A stretch of DNA of 63,857 nt, counting the filler, from Olpidium bornovanus S191 (taxonomy: Eukaryota > Fungi > Olpidiomycota): assembly GCA_017911155.1 (NCBI GenBank). It is 30 parts of 30 records of this genome, joined end to end, with 100 filler letters (N's around TTAATTAATTAA, not from the genome) between each part and the next. Parts side by side here need not be neighbours in the genome. Positions count along the whole stretch, not along the records: positions 31,061 to 32,476 come from JAEFCI010006477.1; positions 32,577 to 34,235 come from JAEFCI010001127.1; positions 34,336 to 35,798 come from JAEFCI010003346.1; positions 35,899 to 38,326 come from JAEFCI010004340.1; positions 38,427 to 40,975 come from JAEFCI010006917.1; positions 41,076 to 42,352 come from JAEFCI010013107.1; 24 more parts are not named here. One strand, written 5' to 3'. The position numbers were made by a program, and so were the translations under genes. The notes beneath the pieces are model-generated. The model did not search any database, was not told where the DNA came from, and was given only the letters and a program-made list of their open reading frames with translations. The first letter of the stretch is position 1. The number at the start of each line of letters is the position of its first letter. Positions 31,061-42,452 of the stretch are shown here, in pieces.

Positions 31061-32476
31061 AGCGGTCTCGGCTTTAGTTCCGTGCTGGAGTCGTGCCTGC
31101 CCCGAAATCGACCTTTTTGTGCCGAAGCTGGGACACTCGGTTCGAGCTCTTGTGGATAACGGATCCGAAATTACCGTCATGGAGAGCTGGATAGCCAAGG
31201 AGGCAGGGCTCCCGTTCGATCCCCGGCCAGGTTGGACGATGGTGACTTATGCCGGTGAAAACCAACTGGCAGGGGCGTGTCCCGACGTGGAGTTCAAGTT
31301 TAGCGGGATACGTTTCACAGTGAATGTTTTCTTACAAGAGAAGCTGGGCTACAGTGTAATCTTGGGGCAAACGGGGCGTGCCCTGCTCCGTTGCGTTCAG
31401 GAATGTCGCACGGACGGTTCGGAAACCTTGACAATTCGGAGTCTAGACGATCGGGAGCGGCGGGAGGTGACGACGGTTCGAGTGTCTGATAGTCGACACA
31501 AACCGGATCTCAAGTCCGAAAAGGGCGAATATGCCGTGCGGGACACTTTAGGAGCGGAAGAGGACGAGGGGGTGGAGAATCCGGACGTTGAGCCGGAATC
31601 GGATTTTTGAGTTCGGCGTCGGTGGATCGGGGGCCGGTAGTCGTAACTCATAGCCCGAGTAATAGGAGCGGGCCTTCAGGCGCGAGATCTTCCGAAGTCG
31701 AGTTCCAGAAAACCAAAACGGGTGTGTCAAATTCCAAGATGTTTGAGGGCTGAAGTCGCGCGATGGTTTTGGCGGTTGCGGGACGACGCGCACCGGTCTA
31801 GCGGCGAACTTTACCAAAGAGGACATGACTCGGTCGGCACGGCGACGCGGTGGCGGGCAGGGAGAAAGAGCCTGCGGTGGCTATGAAGAACTCTGCTTCG
31901 AACCGCCGAAACTTATTGCCCAGAGTGTCGTGCAGGGAGCGGGGCGTTGTCATGCTGCTCGGCTGGCGGTGCCTTCGGTAGCCGCATACGAGCGGATACG
32001 GCAAGCGGTGGACGACATGGAAGGACGTGCAGCGGTCCGTACGATGTACAAGACTGTGGATAAGAAAGTGCGGCCGGCAGCTTCGGAGTTTCCAGCCACG
32101 GCTTGGGCGCAAATACAGGCGGCCAAGAAGGAGCCTGGACTGCGGCCGGTGGAGGGGATTGGACACCACTTCACCGAAGCCTCCTTGGCGAAAATTAAAA
32201 TTGGCGGTCCGGACGGGAGCAATTTGACCCGGGTGGAGCGGGCTGCATTTTTGGAGATGGTGGCGCGCTACGGGCATGCGTTTGCATTCGAAAAGGAGGA
32301 GATAGGCTGTGTGAATCCGGAAGTCATTGCGCCGATGGTGATTTTCACTGTTGACCATGTTCCCTAGAATCTCAAGCCTATTCAGGTTCCTAGGGCGCAC
32401 TTCGACAAGTTGCTGTCGCTCCTGCCTGACCGATTAAAAGAACGTGTCCTTGAGCCAGGCGCGGGGCCGTACGCGA
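31061..32476 (+). mobile_element. Ty3/gypsy pol fragment: aspartic protease, linker and pre-RT region (degenerate)
   Basis: VRALVDNGSEI..VILG (retropepsin), MYKTVDKKVRP, HAFAFEKEEIG and IFTVDHVP*NLKPIQVP..LEPGAGPYA. The order PR then RT is gypsy-type. Confidence 0.88.
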
Positions 32477-33046
32477 NNNNNNNNNNNNNNNNNNNNNNNN
32501 NNNNNNNNNNNNNNNNNNNNTTAATTAATTAANNNNNNNNNNNNNNNNNNNNNNNNNNNNNNNNNNNNNNNNNNNNCATGTTAATCACGCATATCAAACT
32601 CCGAAGAACCAAGAAAAGTCCTTTTTAGATTTCTATAGAAAATTCGGCTTTTTCGACCAAAAAAAGAATTGCATACCGGCAAGGCTACTCTGCATAATCT
32701 TCTCTAACTCAGGCAGACGTTCTTTCAACGGGCGTCCGACCCCCTTTTCGCCCGAACTCTACTCCTCCTCCTACTCTTCCTCCGTCACCCGACCCAACGA
32801 AAATTACGCACGCTGAGCCCGCGAGCCCTCCAGCGAGTCGTCCGTTCGGACGTCGCGATCTTTATCGCCCCCTTCTCCCTCTCTTTCCTCAAGGCCATTT
32901 TTTTTTGTTTTTCTTCTGCCGCGCGGAAAAGTTCCGGCCTGACCGGGCTTGGGGAAGAGGGGGCGCGAGGAGAACCAAAAGAGCTGCCCAGGCGGGGGGC
33001 GGGCGCAGCGTTCTGCCTTTTTTTTTTCCTCTCTCGCGCCCCCTTC

Positions 33047-33274
33047 TCAAACTCGGCACTTGCTGAGAAACTGGATGTAATACTTTCTGAACTGCTCCAG
33101 GTCCAGGTCTCGCAACGCTTGCAGGTACTCCTGCGCCGAAAATAAAAAAAAAAATAAAATAAAAAAATAAAGCAGGCGCCGGCAGCGATGGGATTACCCG
33201 TCTGGAATTGCACGGGCGGTGCGATGGGAGTGGGTGGGTGGGGAAAAAAAGCAAAACCTTTCATTCTCGGGAGG

Positions 33275-33310
<36 letters not shown>

Positions 33311-33790
33311 GACGAGCGCGGAAACCTTCCCCGCCGCTCCCTCGTGTTTCCAAACCTGCGCGAGCTCGGGCGGGCAGCGCAGCGACGGGAAGTAGCGCGC
33401 GGTCAGGTACTCGGCGAGGGCGTCGGGCATCCCGCCGTGGACGCACTTCTGCAGCGCGGCGACCTCGCCGGCCAGCAGGCGGGTCTGGGCGTCGGCGAGG
33501 TCGAACGACGGCCGGTGCGGCACCTGGAGGCACTGCGGGAGGATGTGGTCGACGACCGCCCGGTCGAAGCCCGGCAGCGGGTCCTTCTTCTTCTTCTTCT
33601 TCCTCGCAGTCTTCGCCGCCTCCTTGTCCTGCTGCTGCTGCTGCACCTGCTGAAGCTGCCGAGCGTGCCTCTGGGGCGCCTGCCCCTCCTGTCCGCACCC
33701 CATCCCCCCGAGCCGCAGCGCCTGCTGCTGCTGCTGCTCGGTGGCCGGTGCCGCTGACGGGTCCGCTTCCTCGCCCGGCTGGGGACGCCG
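33047..33790 (-). CDS. LOS1: Exportin-T (tRNA exportin), C-terminal exons; 5' partial
   Basis: LPGFDRAVVDHILPQCLQVPHRPSFDLADAQTRLLAGEVAALQK..YFPSLRCPPELAQ|EYLQALRDLDLEQFRKYYIQFL. Confidence 0.88.
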
Positions 33791-34066
33791 GTCCGGTCGG
33801 GGGGGGGGGGGGGAAAAGGAAGGGGGGAAAGCATTTTTTTTTTCCCCCTCCATCCCCCCTTTCCTCTCCCGTCACGTGCGGTAAAATAGAACCAAAAAAA
33901 ACAAAATCTAAACCGCGCAGGCAGGCACACAGCCCTGCGCGACACACTGTGAAATCCGACTCGCGCGGTCAGGCCCCCCGGACCTCCGTTACCGCTCCGC
34001 GGAGCGGCTCGCGGTTTTTGAGCGTCGATGGACGGTTTCGCCGTCGGAAAAGCAGCGTCGGAAACC

Positions 34067-34101
<35 letters not shown>

Positions 34102-34107
34102 AAAAAG

Positions 34108-34153
<46 letters not shown>

Positions 34154-34636
34154 GGGGGGGGGGCCGACAGCTGTACGCCGGTGTCGACGGAAACCTCCTT
34201 CCGAGACAGAACCCGGGGTCGTTAGTCAAACAATANNNNNNNNNNNNNNNNNNNNNNNNNNNNNNNNNNNNNNNNNNNNTTAATTAATTAANNNNNNNNN
34301 NNNNNNNNNNNNNNNNNNNNNNNNNNNNNNNNNNNCATGCCGAACACGGCGTCGTCGTCGCGCGAAGCGGTTGTCTCGAGGCTTACCTTTGTTAGGCGCT
34401 TTCACGCCATCGGCTTTCGTGACGCGGCGTCGGCTTCCCGTCCGATCCGCTCTCTGTGATTTACGACTTCGCTGATGAGTCGGAACGTGTTCTAAGTTCA
34501 TAACCCCCCAGCGCAGAGGTGATTCTCTTTGCACGCTGCGCTGTGCCAGTTCGCGGATTCAACGCAGGCGATCGGTTTTTTTTTTCCGGCTCACAGCTTT
34601 TCTCGTGGATTACGCTCTCTTTCTTTCTCTCTCTCT

Positions 34637-34670
<34 letters not shown>

Positions 34671-34944
34671 GTTTCCTTTGTTTGCCGTTGAAAAACGGAA
34701 GGTGCCCCCGCGTAAACGAAATTCCGCGTCGAGATATCCCCCCCCCGGCGAAAACTCGCGCTCTTTCCCAAAATGTCGTGCGCCGCATGCTTCCCCCCCC
34801 CCCGCTTCGTGCTCGATTTTGCTTTCGATCAGGGCAAGGCCGGGAAACCTGGTCGTTTTCAAGAGTGCCTTCGACGACGCAGCGGATTCCGTCACGGCTT
34901 TCCCGCTAAAGCGTGCGCACACAACTTTTCGCGCGACACAATTT

Positions 34945-35165
34945 TCCCGACACAACTTAGACCGACACAACTTCTACCGACACAACTTCTACCGACACAA
35001 CTTCTACCGACACAACTTTCCACAACACAGACACACTTTTTCCGACACAACTTTTCCCAACAAACTTTTCCCCACACACTTTTCCCGACACACTTTTCCT
35101 GACACACTTCTCCCGACACTCTTTTCCTGACACACTTTTCCTGACACACTTTTCCCGACACTTTG
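34945..35165. repeat. Minisatellite: 15-nt CCGACACAACTTCTA units grading into 14-nt GACACACTTTTCCC/T units
   Basis: About 14 contiguous degenerate copies with no spacers. Confidence 0.9.
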
Positions 35166-35174
35166 CCACTGTCG

Positions 35175-35726
35175 ATGGCGCGCGAAAACAGGGTCGGGAG
35201 GTCGATGGAGTGGCCTAAGCAGAAGCGGCCGCGCCGATCGGAGGATGAAACAGACCTGACCGTCGCTCCGGCGCTGGAGATCGAAGAGGCCGGAGCGACC
35301 GGAACGGCCACGGAGCCCGGGGACCGTGGCGCGGGACCGGCGGCGAAAGATGCGGGCGATGACCTCACGGTGGAGATCCTTCGAATCCTCGGGAGCCTGG
35401 TCCTGGCGCCCCTGAGTGCAGCGACGCTCGCGGAGGCAGGGAGCGCGACACCGATGGCGTTCGGCGGGCCCGAGGAAGGAGGTAGCGCTGTGGGAGCGGG
35501 GGGCGATGAGACCACCGAAGAAGGGGAGGAGATGGCAGAACCCGGCGCGGGAGGCTCGGGCGACAAACCGATTGATTCCGAGTTACCGGCAGACGATGTG
35601 CGGCCTGGGCGTCGGCTGTGGACCGAACAATACCGTCTGCGCCGAGCAGCCCGGTTCCAACACGAGCTCGAACAGATGACCGAGCCGAGACTCACCGGAA
35701 TCGATCGCGTTGTCGGCGCCAAATGA
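35175..35726 (+). CDS. Hypothetical acidic A/G/E-rich intronless ORF
   Basis: MARENRVG..LWTEQYRLRRAARFQHELEQMTEPRL..*, starting just after the minisatellite. Confidence 0.35.
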   Translation: MARENRVGRSMEWPKQKRPRRSEDETDLTVAPALEIEEAGATGTATEPGDRGAGPAAKDAGDDLTVEILRILGSLVLAPLSAATLAEAGSATPMAFGGPEEGGSAVGAGGDETTEEGEEMAEPGAGGSGDKPIDSELPADDVRPGRRLWTEQYRLRRAARFQHELEQMTEPRLTGIDRVVGAK

Positions 35727-36753
35727 TCGCTCAAGCGGGCGGGTCGACGACAGGCACCGCGTCGATGCTCCTTTCCTTTTGTTTGTTGCAAATCCATGNN
35801 NNNNNNNNNNNNNNNNNNNNNNNNNNNNNNNNNNNNNNNNNNTTAATTAATTAANNNNNNNNNNNNNNNNNNNNNNNNNNNNNNNNNNNNNNNNNNNNAG
35901 GGTGATGAGGTTATTGTGAAATGACTCGTACTCGACTGCTGAGCAAGACGAGTACAGCAAGGCGCACCGATTTTTAGTGAACGTTCTGGCGGACCTGAGT
36001 TGGCTTCTTCCGTTTCAAACCAAAAAAAAAAAAAAAAAAATGCGGAAGGCGCCTCGGCAGCATTGTTGACAAAAAGATTTAGCCTCGGAAAGGACGCCCC
36101 GCGGAAATATGTTTAGATATATTGGTTCAAATATCAATAATGGTATTGCTGATATAATTATTATTAAGCAGATATATATATATTATTAGATGATATTGTA
36201 GCATTGCAAATGCTTTGGCGTATCCGTCCCTCGTCCGGCTGTCGCCTGTGTGTGTGTGTGTGTGTGTTGGTAGCCGCAAGGTACAGAGCGGCCGACGGGC
36301 GGGAATATGCGTGCGGGCCGGCACGTTTTGCCCGATGCGCATTCCGTGCGCGACTTCCGCCCCATTGGCTGGCGCGACGCGAAAATTGCGCGTCGGCCCT
36401 GTAGCGCTCGGACACACGCGCCGGATCCCGGCATCCGCACCCCCGCACCGCGGCGTCAAAGCGCAGGTCGCAACGGCCCGCCGGCGAGGCTCGCGCGACC
36501 CTATCGCCCCCGGAGCCGAAGACCGGGACTTGGCCCCCTTCCCGCCCGTCGCGGCGAGCACGATTTCGTGGGAGGCGAAGGCTCCGCCGCGGCGTTATCT
36601 CTTGGGCTTGCCTCTGCTCAAGAACAAACGCCGAGCGCCTTCCCCCCACCTCTCTCCCCCCGCCTTCGAGAGCCTGGCGCCGCGTTGGTCCCCGCCCGGA
36701 TGCAGCCGAACGGTTACGCGCAGCACAGCTGCGTTTTCTCCTTTCAGATCGGC

Positions 36754-38326
36754 ATGAAGAGACCGGGCAAAGCCGCGTACCCGACGCCGGCCGTCGTAGT
36801 CGCGCTCCTGAGCTTCCTCCTGCTGTTTGTGACACCTACAGCAGAGGCAGGCACGCTGTGCGTGAAATCTGTTCGCGCGCCTTGACCAGTTCGCGTTCGT
36901 CCTGCAAGGTTATTTTTTTATGACAGATATGACCAACGTTGTCATCCGCCCGCCTGCCAGCTCACAACCCGCATTTAAGGACGTGTACGTGTCAGGGCGG
37001 CCTCTGTTACCGCGTCTGGCCCGCCGGCAAGCTCAGCGGCAGCGCGGCACGGTCAGGCGCCCGCAGTCCAGCGACAACGAGGGCGCCGACGTCGATAACG
37101 ACCAGACGGCCGCCAGGCAGGACAGGCAGGACGAGCAGGCGAACCTCGCCGCGGACCAAGGACTGGATGTCCAGGCGATAGGCGGCATCGGCGGCGTTGA
37201 TCCAGCGACAGGGGAGACCCTGCTTGCGCTTCCTCTACCGTCCGCTTTCTGTACCGCGTTGGGCCAGGACCTCGCGGACGGGACTCAAAAGCCCGACGGG
37301 TTCTGCTCGTCGATTCCTCAAGGTCAAATCCCTTCAGTGAAGAGGATGGTTTCGGTAAGGTCCTGTACGTCCGGCTAAGCACCTGATGCAAACCATCCGT
37401 GTTGACGGACCAGCTGCCGGCGTCGACCAGTCTTTGATTATTCAGCCGCAAAACAATGAGAATTTCGCGGTAGGCCAGGGCTTCACCGTTACCGTGCAGA
37501 TTAGGTAAGGTTGTATGGTTTTCCGTGGTACTGTGTTATTCTTTGCCTTTGACCGCGGGGCCGCTCTCCATCAACCCGGCAGCAATCTCCAAACCGGCTT
37601 CTTCACCGTTGCAGCAACTGAGTACTACACGCAGCCTCAGACACTCAATTCTGACGGGATCATCAAAGGTGCGGTACGAAGGCTGTTAACTCATACATGG
37701 CACCGTCTCCCGTGCGATGATTAACAGTGCCGGGGGCTGGAATAAACCAAGGGCACACGCACGTCACTATTCAACGATTGACATCCACGACGCAAGCACC
37801 GGATGCGAATCAGAAAGGTGAGCACCGAGGTGTCGTATTTTGATTCGGCTCGTCATCGCGGAAACCTCCGTCCGCAGTCCAAACTTTCCCTTTCCTCACA
37901 TCCTTGCCTCTGACATCATCTTGCTGCCGAAATCTCCTCCCACCTCCGCCGCATGCGCAACCAGATTTCTTCAAAGGTCAGCAATGTTCAACCAGTGTTT
38001 TCGCCTCGAGGGTGTGAAAACCCTTCCGACTGGACGACCTCGCTCGCGTTCCCGTTTTGTCTAACCCTACAAGTTGACCGTAGGACTCAACGACGCCGCC
38101 GGGGGCGACGGCAGGCTCTCGACCGACGTCCCGGCGAACACGCTCAACACCGCCGGAGTCTACCGTATTTGCACGATGGTTGGCGCGTTCTCGCACCAGC
38201 CTGTCGTCATGCCGATTGCACAACGCGGCGCGCAGGATGATTGCATCCGCATCAACGTCGGCGACAACAATGATGGCGGCGACGGAGGAAACGATAATGC
38301 TGGCGGCAACGGAAGAAACAACTATG
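36754..38326 (+). CDS. Conserved secreted fungal protein of unknown function (family often mis-annotated 'ribosomal protein S17'); 3' partial
   Basis: Signal peptide; FC..LADGTQKPDGFCSSIPQGQIP, GHTHVTIQ, GLNDAAGGDG and YRICTMVGAFSHQPVVMPIAQRGAQDDCIR match the family signature as I recall it. Confidence 0.8.
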
Positions 38327-38762
38327 NNNNNNNNNNNNNNNNNNNNNNNNNNNNNNNNNNNNNNNNNNNNTTAATTAATTAANNNNNNNNNNNNNNNNNN
38401 NNNNNNNNNNNNNNNNNNNNNNNNNNACCTTCGCCAGAATCACACCACCCACAACACTGACTTAAACATTGCGTGTCCTCTGGTACGCACCTGGTAGATT
38501 TAAAACATTTCCAATAATGGCTCAAAACGTTCGACGACGACATGAAGGTGGCAGTCATGGCATCATTATACGGTTTGTTCATGGCTTTTTTGGCGCGGTC
38601 GGTGGTTGTGGCCGACCGGAAACGTCCTTTGCCCGTTCTTCAAAAAAAAAACAAAAACCGGCGCGGATTCGCCGTCAGCGACGTATGGCTGTGATACATG
38701 CGACTGTTCCCGTTCGACAGGAGGAAGCCTGTTTGCAACGGGTCGCAAGGACGGCTGCAGAA

Positions 38763-40800
38763 CTAGGCCTCCAACGACAAGGCATCTTGCTGTCCGTGTC
38801 GGCCGTCCGGCAAAATCCTATTTGACGGGCACTGTGCGGCGGCGACATGCTCGTCGTCATACACCAGGAAATCTTTTCTGCCGGTGAACTTTTCCGCAAG
38901 GCGGCGCCCTTGCTTCGTTGGCTGCGAGAAGGCGAGCGACCGGCGCGGGATGATGTGGCCGTAAAAGAAATGACGGCTGCGAACGGGTGGCAAGATGTAC
39001 AAAAGAAAAAAGGCAAGTGAGCAGTTCATACCTTCCGCATGACAAAGGATTAAGCAAAAAATGTACCAGACAGTGTCCAGAAGCCTGGTCGCCACGCCGC
39101 GGCTTCGCTCACGCTTGGAAACCCATACCCTGCTGATCCCGCATGCGGCGGGCTCGGTCGGGGGCCTGCGTCCGTGTGGCAGCAACAAAGAGGTCAGTCG
39201 ATATCCCCAAAAAAAGCCTCCGTCGCGGGGACTATTCTGTTTGAAAAAAACACGCACGTTTGTGGCCCGGCGGATGCAACGCATGGCGTCTGCCTCAAAA
39301 TCCGTCCCGGACTCCGCGGCGGAGCTTCATCCGACTCGCCGTCCATGTACGCCTCAGCGTTTTGTGCATCCTCGCCGGCAGGAGTGTCCCAATCGACCCG
39401 CCGTGCACCGGCAATTGGCAACGCGACGCCACAGCCGACGACTTTCTGCTTGGCGTTGATGGCCAGAAACGTCTGGAACGGCGGTCATCGCGGACATTTT
39501 CAGCTCTTGCGCAAGATTCGCGTTGTCGCGACCGGCCGAGCAGTCATCATCATGACTAGACATACTCTTGACCGTTCGAGCTGCGCAGGCGACAGACGTA
39601 CGGCGCCCAGCTCCTGGTCGACCACTTCTAGAATGTCACTTATCTGTGTGAAGAATTCGCCGGTTAGTACGTTCTCGTCAGAAAATGCGGTGGCCCAACG
39701 CTCACTTGTCATCACCTTTTTTGCCGACGGGCAGGTTGACTTCCACGCAAGCATTACGACACGAATGGCATCGCGTTCAAAACCGGTCCCGATATCTCCC
39801 TGATCTTTGTAGCCCTGCCGAAATGAAGGCAACATAAGGGGGAGGTGGGGTCCGGGAGAAATAGAGCGGAAGAGTTAGAGAAAGAGAAAGAGAGATAAAG
39901 AAAGAGAGAAAAAAAGAGAGAGACAGAAAGAAAGGGGGAGGAAGACAAGGCGTAAATCACTTGAATTGTTGCGGGAAGAAAAAGACAGGAAGGAAACAAG
40001 TGCCGGAAGCCTTTGAACACGTTGTCTAGGAACGACAGGGGCACACAAGGACCGATCCCCCCTGTCCGTCTGCCCACGACGGTTTCAGAATTCGTTTTCC
40101 CCGCAACGGCGGCCCGCGGGAAACCGCGTTCCCGAGTGGGATTGCAGTGGGGGAGGGGCGTGTTTTGTTACCGGGTAAATGATGCCGGAAACCACGGTGT
40201 CGTGATACTTCTTGTGGACCTGCTCGTCGGCCTCCTGCGTGCGGTTGTAGGTCATGCCGCACTCCGCGCAGGTGAGGGCTCCGCGGCCGCGCTGGCCGAA
40301 ATCGAGCGTGAGCTGCTCCGCTTTTTCCGGGCGGCGCGCGGGCGCGGGCCGGGGCCGCTGCTCCGGCGCGCGCCGGCGCGGACGCGGCAGGCGATCGGGC
40401 GGCCCGCGCGGCCCGAAGAACCGGTCGAGAGGCGGCTGCAGCGCCGCCTTGCGCGCCGGCCGGCCGGGTGGAAGATCGCCGGGAGGTCTCGGGGCGGCGG
40501 CCGGGACGGAGTCTGCTCCCGGCGGGTCCCGGCCGGCGGAGATCTCGGCGTTCGACCACTCGGCGGTTCGGCTGTGCACGGAAACCGAAAGCAGTGTCAG
40601 CCGGTCCCGTCTCCATCGAGTTTCGCAAAAGAAGGAAACGGGAGGAGAGGAAGAGGCGCGGGGCGGGGTTCTCGCTTGGGCAGAACGGGGAGCACTACTC
40701 ACGCGGAGACGTCTCCAGCCGAGCCGGGCCCGCCGTCTGGCGCCGCCCGCTTCCTACCGTACGTGGCCCTCACCGGCGGTCTGACGGCGCGTAAAGGATA
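38763..40800 (-). CDS. ECO1: Cohesin acetyltransferase Eco1/ESCO; start uncertain
   Basis: TYGRKR, QLTLDFG and CAECGMTY..DEQVHKKYH (zinc finger); CGISRVWVS..RSRGVATRLLDTV|RSHFFYG..AFSQPTKQGRRLA. Confidence 0.93.
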
Positions 40801-41269
40801 GCGCGGGGAAGAGGGAGCAAGGACAAAAATCAGAGGACGTTTGCGGTGCGCTCGGCGCGCAAAGAAAAAAAAAACAAAAAGATTTTCCCGTCGGGCGCCG
40901 TTCCCAGAACGAGTTGGAAACATTCTGCCGCCGCAGAAAGCGAGCATCTTTCCCGTCGCCGGCGGGGAAAGGGGGNNNNNNNNNNNNNNNNNNNNNNNNN
41001 NNNNNNNNNNNNNNNNNNNTTAATTAATTAANNNNNNNNNNNNNNNNNNNNNNNNNNNNNNNNNNNNNNNNNNNNAATTCGTGGACGACTCGCCTTCGTT
41101 TTTGGCAAGAGATGTCATAGGTAGGTGCTGCCGTGCACGCATTGCGCAAAAGTGGCATCGCTTACTGGTAAAGCGGGTCAGGGCAAGACGTCATGCGACC
41201 GGCGTTCATGTGCGGAAAAATCTACCCACAATCGCTTCCGTGGAACATCCTGTGCCAAACCTATTGTAG

Positions 41270-41935
41270 GTGGACGAAAGTTTGGGTGAGGCGCCGGACT
41301 TGGGGCGATTTCCGTGGCTTCTGCTAAGTGCAGCTCCGGATCACGGGTTCCCAAACGCAGACAACAAGCAGATGCTCGACATACTCAAGCTCCTCATCTT
41401 CAGTGGCGACACTGTAGATGTGTTCGGCCACTACGGCGTACGTGGGCCAAGAACGGGCCATCAGGCCATTCCGGCATCTGCTTCCGGCCCGTCTTTCCCA
41501 ACCGAACCGTCCAACGCAAATTTCAAAGCCGCGGGTCGGGGTCTGCACCGTGCCTCGGGGTCGAACACTTCCCTCTCCTCTAGCGCGCCGCACACGGCGC
41601 GCGGGGGGGGGGTGTACCAAATCCCAGTGCCGGAGCGCATAGTGGGCCGCCCGTTTCGCGAGCTGCTCTCGTTCCTGACCCGCAAACACGGCGCCGTACC
41701 TTTTGCTCTGTACCGGACCGCCGAGCCCGACTACGACGAGAGGAGCAACCGCCCGCTGGAGGGACAACTGCCGCACTACGTACTCATCCACCCGGAAACT
41801 GATCTTGTTTTGAACCATCTGGACAGGGTCTTTGTCATCGGGCCTGAAAGCGTCGTAGACATCGAAGCGCAGGGGCTACCAGAGAGACTTCGCTGCAAGG
41901 GATCGCCCCAGACTACAGCGCACGCGAATATATGA
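41270..41935 (+). CDS. BK/Slo-type K+ channel, C-terminal RCK2 region; 5' partial
   Basis: NKQMLDILKLLIFSG..VYQIPVPERIVGRPFRELLSFLTRKHGAVPFALYR..YVLIHPETDLVLNHLDRVFVIG resembles the Slo-family RCK2 end (LYR..YVITNP..L..D.VF). Confidence 0.7.
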   Translation: MDESLGEAPDLGRFPWLLLSAAPDHGFPNADNKQMLDILKLLIFSGDTVDVFGHYGVRGPRTGHQAIPASASGPSFPTEPSNANFKAAGRGLHRASGSNTSLSSSAPHTARGGGVYQIPVPERIVGRPFRELLSFLTRKHGAVPFALYRTAEPDYDERSNRPLEGQLPHYVLIHPETDLVLNHLDRVFVIGPESVVDIEAQGLPERLRCKGSPQTTAHANI

Positions 41936-42452
41936 CGTAGATAGAACTCCCATTGAGTGTTCCGGAATGCGCATCTTCCTGGGCGGGACGTTTGAACTTT
42001 GGAGAGCTCCGGGAACCCGAAAAGTGCGCGCAGACGTCAGAAACGCGCACGGCGCACGAGACGTCTACCAGCAGTGCTGCCGACCAGGCGTGGGGCGGTT
42101 CCAGTTGACTTAGTCTGTCCTTTGTATTCGGCAGACCGGCGACTTCATCTGACGGCTTATAATCGGTCCACTTCCAAGATTTCCCAGTGTGTTGGCCAAC
42201 ACCGTACCTCCTGGCATACGCCCCCCTCCTGCATGATCAGACGGTGGTTCGGGCGTATAACCTGTTACCGCTCGAGCAAGTGGATGACGACACTGATGCT
42301 TCAGGTCGGTGGTTTAGATGATGCAGGGTCCTCCGAACTGAGTGCAACACGCNNNNNNNNNNNNNNNNNNNNNNNNNNNNNNNNNNNNNNNNNNNNTTAA
42401 TTAATTAANNNNNNNNNNNNNNNNNNNNNNNNNNNNNNNNNNNNNNNNNNNN

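Noticed and set aside
34945-35165. CRISPR-like array
   Set aside because: Units are 14-15 nt, contiguous and degenerate, with no unique spacers or cas genes, in a eukaryotic context.
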